DNA from: Piromyces finnis finn | Lineage: Eukaryota > Fungi > Neocallimastigomycota | NCBI GenBank assembly: GCA_002104945.1 | Contig: MCFH01000015.1 | Coordinates: forward strand, 682,001-746,000 | DNA length: 64,000 nt | Direction: 5' to 3' | Part shown: positions 53,001-63,499 of the stretch, one piece after another | Position numbering within the stretch: the first letter of the stretch is position 1 | Layout: every line of letters starts with the position of its first letter | Made by a program: the position numbers and the translations under genes | Notes under the pieces: generated by a model | The model's input: the letters and a program-made list of their open reading frames with translations, nothing else | Told to the model about the DNA's origin: nothing | Databases searched by the model: none

Positions 53001-54688
53001 ATTTCACAATCATAAGGTCTATGAGGAGGTAACACTTCACAATTTTTTTCGTTAAACACTTCACTAAATTCTAAATATTGGGTTGGTACGGCGACCAATT
53101 TATCTTTATTAATATCCTTTTCATTATTATTATTATTACTACATGATTCATTATCATTATTACATGTTTCAATAATTTTCGTTACAATACATTTAACTTT
53201 TTTATTAAAACTAATATATTCATCATCGCTGTCATCTTCATCATTAATGGTTCTAACAAGGCGGCCTTTAACATATTCTTTTTCTTCATGGTTTGGGACG
53301 GAGGGATCTACTTTCGGTTTTTTGGTTAAGCTTCGGTCAAGAACATCATGATCTAATTGATCATTCTTGGACTTCTTTCTTGGTTTTCTTTTTCTTTTAC
53401 CTTTGTTACAGTGTCTGGCACAATAACCAGAACTAAAAGCGATTTTCTTAGAGTCATAGAAAGCATTTGGATTATGCTTCTTTATCCACGGCAAACCAAG
53501 AATAACATCAACACCGGGGACTTGTAATCCATAAAGTTGAATTACTTCGAAGTGATTTTTGCATCGGAGCATACACTTCTCAGTCCTTTCCCATACACTT
53601 ACAACTCCATCACTAACACCTGATACACGGAATGGTTCTACCTTTTCCAACTTAATACCAAGGTCTTCAGCAAGACTTGGATTAATGAAATTCAATTCAG
53701 AACCGGAATCAATTAAAACCTTAATTTTAACTTCCGAAACTTCATTGGTACTCAAGTAAAAATCCACAAGATTTAAATCACTTTTCACTCCCTTGACTCC
53801 AACTTTGTAAATTTTTGGATTAACAATTTTTGGAGTCCTTTCTTTAACAATTCTTAACACTTTTCTGGGCTTTACTCTATTAGGACAATTAAATTTTAAA
53901 TGTCCTGGCTGTTTACAAAGAAAACATAATCCTTTTTTCTTTTCTTCTTCAAAGTTGTCCATGTTTTCATTGTAATTTTTACTTGATCCTTGGATATTCA
54001 CATACCTTCTACGCTTGTTTTCTCTACTAATTCTAAATACATCCACATCCATAGGATCATCAGCCCTTCTACTATTAAAATAAAATTCACTAAGCGAATT
54101 CCTTTTCATCATATCTTCAACTAAAATAGTTGAAGAAATCAATTGTTCAATTGAAGTTGGGTTTGATTCAATGAAAGCCAACTTCTCCCTAAGTGGTGGT
54201 AGTAAACCTTTCAGAAACATGTAGATTTTTGCGCTATCATTAAAGCTTGAATTTTGGCTAATACGTTGAAACTCGGTAATGTAATCTAATACCTGACCAA
54301 GTTTCCTTTGGCGAATATTATCTAATTTACCGTTAGCTACAACGGTATCGTATCTATAACTGCCAAAGTTAGCCTTCAACCTATCTACAAATTCATCATA
54401 ATGGTTTAAAACCTCACTATTATTCTTCATCAACACTGAAGCCCATTCCAACGGTTTACCAGAAAAGTATGATATAACGAAGTCGACCTTGACTCGATCT
54501 GTATTATACAGTGTCGGTCGAGTACGAAATACCAACTCAACTCTAGTTAAAAATCCATCCAATTCTCTTTGTTTACCAGAAAATGTCGGTGGAGCATTAA
54601 TAATGTTCCCCGAGTTCCCGGAAACACCCACATTCCTATCACCCATTTCTAAATTTAAATTTTCAAACTCACTAATTAAATCCTCCAA
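50096..54688 (-). CDS. gag-pol: Gag-Pol polyprotein (Gag-ZnF-PR-RT-RH-IN-chromodomain), single 1530-aa frame
   Basis: CFLCKQPGHLKFNC; LIDSGS; YIDDILIYS; TDAS/DKELLA/TDHKNL; HHCC; DFIV/SDRGSQF/DGQTER; GPFEI; YKLSWKGFDKSTWISEDQIPDKQLIQEF. Confidence 0.97.
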   Translation of the reverse strand: MEDLISEFENLNLEMGDRNVGVSGNSGNIINAPPTFSGKQRELDGFLTRVELVFRTRPTLYNTDRVKVDFVISYFSGKPLEWASVLMKNNSEVLNHYDEFVDRLKANFGSYRYDTVVANGKLDNIRQRKLGQVLDYITEFQRISQNSSFNDSAKIYMFLKGLLPPLREKLAFIESNPTSIEQLISSTILVEDMMKRNSLSEFYFNSRRADDPMDVDVFRISRENKRRRYVNIQGSSKNYNENMDNFEEEKKKGLCFLCKQPGHLKFNCPNRVKPRKVLRIVKERTPKIVNPKIYKVGVKGVKSDLNLVDFYLSTNEVSEVKIKVLIDSGSELNFINPSLAEDLGIKLEKVEPFRVSGVSDGVVSVWERTEKCMLRCKNHFEVIQLYGLQVPGVDVILGLPWIKKHNPNAFYDSKKIAFSSGYCARHCNKGKRKRKPRKKSKNDQLDHDVLDRSLTKKPKVDPSVPNHEEKEYVKGRLVRTINDEDDSDDEYISFNKKVKCIVTKIIETCNNDNESCSNNNNNEKDINKDKLVAVPTQYLEFSEVFNEKNCEVLPPHRPYDCEIKLKDDSTLFYGPLYPLTEVEREELKKYIDENLNKGFIRKSSSPAGAPILFVKKKDGSLRLCIDYRRLNDITIRNSYPLPLISDLLERVKNAKIFTKLDLKSAYNLVRIKEGDEYKTAFRTRYGHFEYLVMPFGLKNAPATFQHFINDVLSDYLDDFVISYIDDILIYSNNIEEHHEHVKKVLKKLLENNLYVKLEKCEFDVEKTTFLGYVISKDGLQMDENKVKAILDWPVPKNVKEVQSFIGLCNYYRIFIKDFAKIANPLHKLTIRNVAFNWVKEDQDAFILLKSLFTSAPILKHADSNKQFIVETDASNYAVGAILSQEFDGKLHPIAFLSKSLTSCQRNYPIYDKELLAIVVALEEWRHYLEGARHPFIIYTDHKNLTFPRKPEMLSQRQIRWNLFLSIFDFKLIYRAGKKSGKPDILSRRSDHLENNINSDVSCLTISFHHSDNKPLIDSILLELKNDDLYNSIVQFKMNGSACNAPIKNIDKVIIDNEGFLLYNNLIYVPKSLRTRVLELHHDSVAAGHFGIKKTTELISRNFWWPRFHSDVKSFIKSCVTCCKSKVPRHKPYGLLSPLDTPSRPWSDISIDFIVDLPKSRDMTTLMVVVDRFTKFAHAIPLRCLPTASIAADAFIANVFRLHGLPDSIISDRGSQFTSDFWSRLCDLLNINHSLLTANHPQTDGQTERVNGILEQYFRCFINKKQNNWVDLIPFAEFAYNNTLQQSINQSPFFANYGFHPKFSLEIPANDRPSRAEQRVIDINENFKLLKENLEKAKETYKKYADMKRMIPPEFEVGKKVWLLKDSPGTNLKRKLAPQMLGPFEIIGKVSSLAFKLKLPKTMRCHPVFHVSLLEPYFENKFNDRSNRRKRNIHRNTDLIEKIPVKIEKMKSVNGETFYKLSWKGFDKSTWISEDQIPDKQLIQEFERNSKKSKYKSNDSSMKIRKNKVGNLIKHRYQPFVIEIPSRKDSL

Positions 54689-54874
54689 TTCAAAATATAA
54701 TATATAATATAAAATTAAAATGGTTTCTTACTACTATTTCAAGTAAGTAATCTTAAATTTTTTTTTTTTTTTTTTAATTACACTACTACAATTTATCCTA
54801 ATACAAAAGTTATTCAAACGCGTTCTGCAAAGCAGTGTCGAACAAGTTTTGTATTACTAATTAATATTGGTTAA

Positions 54875-55070
54875 TTCTTCTTTCTTCTTGCACTCGGTGG
54901 TAGTTTATAATTCTAACCAGTAGTCAAAATTTCTTCTTTCTTCTTATTCGGCGGTAGTTTCCAATTCTAACCAGTAGTCAAAATTTCTTCTTTCTTCTTA
55001 TTCGGCGGTAGTTTCCAATTCTAACCAGTAGTTAAAGTTCTTTCTTGCTTTTTGTACCCGGCGGTAGATA
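54875..55070 (-). repeat. ~3.5 tandem 54-bp repeats in the 5' UTR of element B
   Basis: TTCTTCTTTCTTCTTATTCGGCGGTAGTTTCCAATTCTAACCAGTAGTCAAAAT at 54931 and 54985, plus flanking variants. Confidence 0.9.
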
Positions 55071-55097
55071 CCCTAACGTATTCTCTATCTTCGTTGG

Positions 55098-55108
55098 GTA
55101 ATTGTTAT
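55098..55108 (-). promoter_or_regulatory. Self-priming PBS of element B (ATAACAATTAC)
   Basis: Abuts the 5' LTR end (55109). Complementary to minus-strand GTAATTGTTAT at 55233-55243, 35 nt downstream of TATAAATA (55278). Confidence 0.85.
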
Positions 55109-55693
55109 TGTAATGTTGAACACTGAAAGAATAGATTAGGATATCTATTCTATTACAATAACACAAAAATTTGAAAAAATAAAATAAAAAATTGTTTTAT
55201 AAAATATCTTTTATTATAATAGAATTTTAATAATAACAATTACATCGATAAAATGATGAAAAATATCTTCTATTTATATTATATTATAACTATTTATTTC
55301 TTATATATTATTATTTAAAATCTACACTAAAATCTTGATTATTAATAAATATTTAAACTATAACTATTTTTAGTAAAATACAATTGGCAATTCAAATTAA
55401 GTACCATTTAATTTGAATATGTGCCCATGTATTATTGATATATTAATCATTTATTATTTATCTATTTCTATAAAAAAACAACACTAAAACTAGGGATTTA
55501 AATTGAGAATATTAATTTACTTGTTAAACATTAAAAATAAATTAATAATTTATTTTGTTTTAAACTTTAATTATTAATAAATAAATTATGTCTCATTTTC
55601 TTTTTCTGAATATAATTTGTGTAACTTAAACAATAATACTTGTGGCTTAAGTTACATTAAAGATATCAAACAGAGGCGTTTGATATCTTTACA

Positions 55694-57539
55694 GTCAGCT
55701 CTGGAAGAATGGAGACACTATTTGGAAGGTGCTAGACATCAGTTTACCATCTATACTGATCATAAGAATTTGACGTTCCCTAGAAAGCCTGAAATGCTAT
55801 CGCAACGACAAATAAGATGGTATGAGTTCCTATCTCGTTTTGACTTTAAGCTAATTTACAGAGCTGGTAAAAAGTCTGGAAAACCTGATTTATTATCAAG
55901 ACGTAGTGATCATTTATTTAATAATATTTCATGTAATAAAATTTCTTGTAACGTAATTGATAATATTAATAAAAATGATAATACTTTGATTAATTCCATT
56001 TTATGCTCTCAAAAAAAAGATGTGTTTTACAATAAAATTTTTTCTTACTTTAATAATAACAATAAGTCCTCGTCCCCACCATGTAAAAACATTGATAAAT
56101 ATTTTATCGATGTTGATGGCTATTTGTTATTTAATAATTTAATTTATGTTCCACCTAATTTAAGAACTAGAATTTTAGAGTTGCATCATAACTCTATTTC
56201 CGCTGGCCATTTTGATATTAATAAGACTACCGAATTAATTAGCAGAAATTTTTGGTGGCCAAAATATTATGATGATGTTAAAAAGTTTGTTAAGTCCTGT
56301 GTAACTTGTTGTAAAGCTAAAGTTCCAAGACATAGACCATATGGGTTGCTATCTCCTCTTCCTACTCCTGATAGAGCTTGGTCTGAATTATCTATGGACT
56401 TCATTGTTGAATTACCAAAGTCCAAAGATATGACTACCATTATGGTCATTGTTGATAGACTAACCAAAATGGCTCATTTTATTCCCTTAAGGTGCCTTCC
56501 TACTGCATCTATTGCAGCTGATGTTTTTATCAACAATATCTTTCGGTTACATGGTTTCCCCGAATCAATTGTTTCTGACCGTGGTACTCAGTTTACTTCT
56601 GAATTTTGGAATCGTCTGTGTGATTTATTAAATATTAAACTTAAGTTTTCCACTGCTAACCACCCACAGACTGATGGTCAAACGGAGAGAGTGAACGGGA
56701 TATTGGAACAATATCTCCGTTGTTTTATTAATGAAAAACAAAATAATTGGGTTGATTTGCTTCCTTTTGCCGAATTTGCCTATAACAACACATTACAGCA
56801 ATCGATCAATCAATCCCCATTTTATGCAAACTATGGTTTTAATCCCAAATTTAATATCGATATTCCTTCAGCTAATAAACCAAATAGAGCTGAACAAAGA
56901 ATTTTAGATATAAATAAAAATATCAAACTTCTAAAGGAAAATCTTGATCATGCAAAAGAAACTTATAAAAAATATGCTGATCAAAGAAGAATTGAATCAC
57001 CAAAGTTTGAAGTTGGAATGAAAGTTTGGTTATTGAAAGGAATAAATCCTTCAGGAAAAAACATTAAAAGAAAACTGTCTGATCAAATGCTAGGACCATT
57101 TAAAATTATTAAAAAAGTAAGTCCCCTAGCATTTGAATTGAAATTACCACACAATTTGCGTTGTCATCCTGTCTTTCATGTTTCGTTATTAGAACCGTAT
57201 ACTGAAAACAAATTTAAAGATAGGACAAATAATTATAATAGGAAAAATATCCAATTAAATATTGATACAAATGAAAAAATTCCAGAAAAAATTATTAAAG
57301 AAAGAACTTATAATAAAAAGAAATCATTTCTTGTTACTTATAGATATCTTGATTCAAGTGAAAATCGATGGATTCCCGAGGATCAGATTTTAGATAGACA
57401 ATTGATCCAAGAATTTTACAGAAGAAACAAAAAGCTAAGAAAAAATAAAGACAACGAATATATGGATAATTTAAACAACGACGGTATGATTCGAACAAAG
57501 TATAGACCATTTGTTATAGAAATTCCTTCTAGAAAATGA
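55694..57539 (+). pseudogene. pol: Element A C-terminal RNase H, integrase (HHCC, DDE, GPF) and chromodomain-like tail
   Basis: ALEEWRHYL..TDHKNL; H..HF..C..C; MDFIV, SDRGTQF, TDGQTER; GPFKI; LVTYRYLDSSENRWIPEDQILDRQLIQEF. Confidence 0.9.
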
Positions 57540-57806
57540 TCTCACAGGAGCTCGACTTAAAGGGCGACATTGTAAAGATATAATATATATCTTTAGATTA
57601 TTTAATAATTAACTATTAATTATTAAATAATAAATTAATATTTATTAAAATTAACTATGAAATTTTTAATATTCAATGGAATAATTTAATAATAAATTAT
57701 TTTATAATAATTCCGTCAAAATTAAATAAAGATAAATATTTAAATTTAAGGAACAAAAGAATCTTAATTAAATTTAAATATTTCAAATATTTTAAATATT
57801 CATAAT

Positions 57807-58423
57807 TGTAAAGATATCAAACGCCTCAGCTTGATATCTTTAATGTAACTTAAGCCACAAGTATTATTGTTTAAGTTACACAATTTATATTACAGAAAAA
57901 GAAAATGAGACATAATTTATTTATTAATAATTAAAGTTTGAAACAAAATAAATTATTAATTTATTTTTAATGTTTTACAAATAAATTAAATTTCTCAATT
58001 TAATTTCTTAGTTTTAGTATTGTTTTTTGATAGAAAAAGATGAATAGTATATAAATAATAAATGATTAATATATAAATAATACATGGGCACATATTCAAA
58101 TTAAATAGTATTTGATTTGAATTGCCTATTTAATTTTACTAAAATAGTTATAGTTTAAATATTTTATTAATAATTAAGATTTTAGTGTAGGTTTTAAATA
58201 ATAATATATTTTAAATAAATAGTTATAATATAATATAAATGTATTTAGGAAAAATATAAATAGAAAATATTTTTCATCATTTTATCAATGTAATTGTTAT
58301 TAATAAAATTTCTATTATAATAAAAGATATTTTTAATAAAACAATTTTTTTATTTTATTTTAAATTTTGTGTTATTGTAATAGAATAGATATCCTAATCT
58401 ATTCTTTCTGTGTCAGCATTACA
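57807..58423 (+). mobile_element. Solo LTR (LTR-A family) inserted in the 3' LTR of A
   Basis: TGTAAAG...CATTACA. TSD ATAAT at 57802-57806 and 58424-58428. The empty site is seen in A's 5' LTR near 45537. Confidence 0.95.
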
Positions 58424-61324
58424 ATAATAACTTTAAATACTTTCTTATTTAAATTTAGAATAGTTTAATAATTTTAACTGAGTTTTAAAAATAGATGTGT
58501 TTATATTTCAATAGGAAATATATTAAGAATAGTATTGATAATATTAAATTAATTTATAGATAATACCTGAGTTTTATTCAATTTTGAGTTTACTCAAATT
58601 AAATTAAAAGTATAATGAATTAGTTTTAGTTTAGTTTTATTATTTTATTATTTAATTAGATTAGTTTTGTTTATTTTATATTAAATATATGTTTATTTAA
58701 ATAGAATAATATATTAGAATATAATTATGAAAAAATATAAATACATGTAAATTTTATCAATTGAATCAATGTAATTGTTATTTTATTTCTAACCATTAAT
58801 AAAGAAGATAATTTTTAAAAAAAAAAAAGAAACTCCTATTTTTATTTTATCGTGTGTTTAATTGTTTTATTGTTAAATATATAATCTGTTTTAAGATTAA
58901 TATTTTACATCTTCTCAATTTTCTCTGGGATTTTTTCAATCAAATCTGTGTTAAGGTGAATGTTCCTCTTCCTACGATTAGATCTGTCGTTAAACTCGTT
59001 TTCAAAGTATGGTTCCAACAATGAGACATGAAAGACTGGATGACATCTCATTGTCTTTGGAAGTTTCAATTTGAAAGCGAGAGAACTAACTTTTTCAATT
59101 ATTTCAAATGGACCAAGCATTTGAGGTGCTAATTTTTTCTTCAAGTTAGTTCCAGGAGAATCTTTTAATAACCATACCTTCTTTCCCACTTCGAACTCCG
59201 GGGGACTCATTCTTTTCATATCGGCATATTTCTTATATGTTTCTTTTGCTTTTTCTAAATTTTCTTTTAATAATTTAAAGTTTTCATTTATATCGATTAT
59301 TCTTTGTTCAGCTCTACTAGGTCTATCATTAGTAGGAATTTCTAAGCTGAACTTTGGATGAAAACCATAATTAGCAAAGAATGGGGATTGATTTATAGAT
59401 TGCTGTAGAGTATTATTATATGCAAATTCAGCAAATGGAATAAGATCAACCCAGTTATTCTGCTTTTTTATTTATAAAACAACGGAAATATTATTCTAAT
59501 ATGCCGTTCACCCTCTCCGTTTGACCATCTGTCTGCGGATGGTTGGCAGTTGATTATGAATGATTGATATTAAGAAGGTCACAAAGTCTTGACCAAAAAT
59601 CAGAAGTAAATTGCGAGCCTCTATCAGAAATGATTGAATCAGGAAGACCATGCAAACGAAAGACATTAGCAATAAAAGCATCAGCAGCAATCGAAGCAGT
59701 AGGAAGACAACGTAAAGGAATGGCGTGAGCAAATTTAGTAAATCTATCGACAACAACCATGAGAGTTGTCATATCTCTGGACTTAGGAAGATCAACAATA
59801 AAATCAATAGAAATATCAGACCAAGGCCTACTAGGAGTGTCCAAAGGGGATAACAAACCGTAAGGCTTATGCCTGGGGACTTTGGATTTGCAACAAGTCA
59901 CGCAAGATTTAATAAAGGATTTGACATCAGAATGGAATCTTGGTCACCAAAAGTTTCTAGAAATAAGTTCGACAGTTTTCTTAATACCGAAATGGCCAGC
60001 AACAACTGAATCATGATGAAGTTCCAAAACTCTTGTCCTAAGAGATTTAGGGACATAAATAAGATTATTAAATAACAAAAACCCTTCATCATCAATAATA
60101 ACTTTATCAATATTTTTAATAGGTGCATTACATGCAGAACCATTCATTTTAAATTGGACAATAGAATTATACAAATCATCATTTTTAAGTTCAAATAAAA
60201 TAGAATCTACTAGCGGTTTGTTATCGCTATGATGAAACGAAATAGTAAGACAAGAAACATCAGAATTAATATTATTCTCTAAATGGTCACTTCTACGAGA
60301 CAGGATATCAGGCTTACCGGATTTCTTTCCAGCTCTATAAATGAGTTTAAAATCAAATCTGGATAAGAACAAATTCCATCTAATTTGTCTCTGAGATAAC
60401 ATTTCAGGTTTTCTAGGAAATGTTAAATTCTTGTGATCAGTATAAATTATGAACGGATGGCGTGCACCTTCTAAATAATGACGCCATTCTTCAAGAGCAA
60501 CTACAATAGCTAAAAGTTCCTTGTCATATATAGGATAGTTTCTTTGACAACTCGTCAAACTTTTAGAAAGAAATGCAATAGGATGTAATTTGCCGTCGAA
60601 TTCTTGAGAGAGAATAGCATCAACAGCATAATTACTAGCATCAGTTTCTACAATAAATTGTTTATTACTATCCGCATGTTTCAGAATAGGAGCTGACGTG
60701 AACAAAATTTTTAATAAAATAAAAGCGTCTTGATCTTCCTTCACCCAATTGAAGATAACATTCTTTCTAGTGAGTTTGTGAAGAGGATTCGCAATTTTAG
60801 CAAAGTCTTTAATAAAGATTCTGTAGTAGTTACAAAGACCAATAAAAGACTGAACCTCTTTAACATTCTTGGGCACTGGCCAATCGAGAATTGCTTTAAC
60901 TTTATTTTCGTCCATTTGCAACCCATCTTTTGAAATGACATATCCAAGAAAAGTGGTTTTCTCAACATCAAACTCACATTTTTCTAATTTAACATAAAGG
61001 TTATTTTCAAGTAGTTTTTTAAGTACCTTTTTAACATGCTCATGATGTTCTTCGATATTATTAGAATAAATAAGAATATCGTCAATATATGAGATAACAA
61101 AATTATTCAAATAGTCAAAGAACATCGTTAATGAAGTGTTGAAAGGTTGCAGGTGCATTCTTTAATCCAAAAGGCATAACCAAATATTCAAAATGGCCAT
61201 AACTAGTACGAAAAGCCGTTTTGTATTCGTCACCTTCTTTAATACGAACAAGATTATAGACGGATTTAAGGTCTAATTTAGTAAAAATCTTAGCATTTTT
61301 CACCCTATCCATAAGGTCACTAAT

Positions 61325-61925
61325 TGTAAAGATATCAAACGCCTCTGTTTGATATCTTTAATGTAACTTAAGCCACAAGTATTATTGTTTAAGTTACACA
61401 AATTATATTCAGAAAAAGAAAATGAGACATAATTTATTTATTAATAATTAAAGTTTAAAACAAAATAAATTATTAATTTATTTTTAATGTTTAACAAGTA
61501 AATTAATATTCTCAATTTAAATCCCTAGTTTTAGTATTGTTTTTTTATAGAAATAGATAAATAATAAATGATTAATATATCAATAATACATGGGCACATA
61601 TTCAAATTAAATGGTACTTAATTTGAATTGCCAATTGTATTTTACTAAAAATAGTTATAGTTTAAATATTTATTAATAATTAAGATTTTAGTGGATTTTA
61701 AATAATAATATATAAGAAATAAATAGTTATAATATAATATAAATGTATTTAGGAAAAATATAAATAGAAGATATTTTTCATCATTTTATCGATGTAATTG
61801 TTATTAATAAAATTTCTATTATAATAAAAGATATTTTTAATAAAACAATTTTTATTTTATTTTAAATTTTGTGTTATTGTAATAGAATAGATATCCTAAT
61901 CTATTCTTTCTGTGTCAGCATTACA
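61325..61925 (+). mobile_element. Solo LTR (LTR-A family) in the RT of H
   Basis: TGTAAAG...CATTACA. TSD CTAAT at 61320-61324 and 61926-61930. Confidence 0.95.
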
Positions 61926-62583
61926 CTAATTAAAGGTAAGGGATATGAATTACGAATGGTAATATCATTTAACCTTCTATAATCAATACAAAGTCTTAAG
62001 GAGCCATCTTTTTTCTTAACAAACAAAATTGGGGCACCAGCAGGGGACGATGATTTCCTAATAAAACCTTTATTTAAATTATCATCTATATATTTTTTAA
62101 GTTCCTCTCTTTCAACTTCAGTTAATGGATACAATGGTCCATAAAATAAAGTTGCATCATCCTTAAGCTTGATTTCATAATCATAAGGTCTATGAGGAGG
62201 TAACATTTCACAATTTTTTTCATTAAACACTTCACTAAATTCTAAATATTGGGTTGGTACGGCGACTAATTTATCTTTATTAATATCTTTTTCATTATTA
62301 TTACTATATGATTCATTATCATTATTACATATTTCATTAATTTTTGTTACAATACATTTAACTTTTTTTATTAATAAATTCATCTTCACTATCATCTTCT
62401 TCGTTAATAGTTCTTACCAGGCGGCCTTTAATATACTCCTTTTCTTTAGGATTTTTTAAAGGAGTTGTAGAGTCAGTTTTAACTTTTTTGGTTAGACTTC
62501 GGTCAAGGATGTCATGATCCAGTTGGCCTTTTTGAGACTTCTTTCTTTGCTTCCTTTTTCTTTTTCCATGGTTACAGTGTCTA

Positions 62584-63315
62584 TGTAAAAGTTTTATAAT
62601 TTAAAACAGATTATAAAATTTTTACAATAAAACAACAACACAAAATAAATAAAAAAAAGAAGCAAGAAAATAAATTATATTTAAAAAAATTATCTCTTTT
62701 ATTAGACTTATTTAGTTATTAACTAAATAATAGTCAATAACAATTACATCGTTTTAATCAAGAAATTTTACATGTATTTATATTTTTCGTAAATTATATT
62801 TTAATATACTATTCTATTTAATTATACATATATTCAATATAAAATAAACAAAACTAATTTAATACTAATTTAATTAAATAATAAAATAATAAAACTAAAC
62901 TAAAACTAATTAAATACACTTTTGATTCAATTTGAGTAAACTGCAAATTGAATACAGTCCATGTATTACCTATATATTAATTAAATATTAACAATACTAT
63001 TTATTATATATTTATAATTAAAAATACTAATTTCAAACTACGCTAAAGTTATTAAACTAATTTTAATTAAATAAAAACTTTTTAAGATTTAATTTGAATA
63101 TTTAAAATATTTAAATTTAATTATCCATTAATTTAAATATTTATCCAAATTCCATTTCTAACTTTGATATTTTAAAATTAATCTTTATTTAATTATTCCA
63201 TAAAATTTATACAATAAATTTTATAAACAATTTTTTCATTAAAATATCAAAATTATTATTCAATAATTATTAATTAATTATTAAATAATTTAAAGATATA
63301 CTTTATATCTTTACA
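62584..63315 (-). mobile_element. Solo LTR (diverged relative of element A's LTR) in the PR-RT linker of H
   Basis: TGTAAAGATATAAAGTATATCTTTA start on the minus strand. TSD GTCTA at 62579-62583 and 63316-63320. Same TATA and GTAATTGTTAT module. Confidence 0.93.
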
Positions 63316-63499
63316 GTCTAGCACAATAACCTGAACTAAAAGCAATTTTCTTAGGATCATAAAAAGCTTCAGGATTGTGCTTTTTGATCCAAGGTAATCC
63401 AAGAATAACATCCACTCCAGGAACCTTTAAACCATACAACTGAATAACTTCGTTGTGGTTCCTGCATCTTAACATACATTTCTCCGATTTTTCCCAGAC

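Larger units (their letters stand above)
49444..55693 (-). mobile_element. Full-length intact Ty3/Gypsy chromovirus B, inserted in the RNase H of A
   Basis: LTRs 49444-50059 and 55109-55693. TSD GTCAG at 49439-49443 and 55694-55698. PPT AGAGAGAGAG precedes the 3' LTR. One uninterrupted ORF. Confidence 0.97.
45307..58909 (+). mobile_element. Ty3/Gypsy chromovirus A (defective), inserted in H
   Basis: Near-identical LTRs 45307-46022 and 57571-58909 (the latter interrupted). TSD TCTTC at 45302-45306 and 58910-58914. Encodes gag-PR, RT, RH, IN and chromo remnants. Confidence 0.95.
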
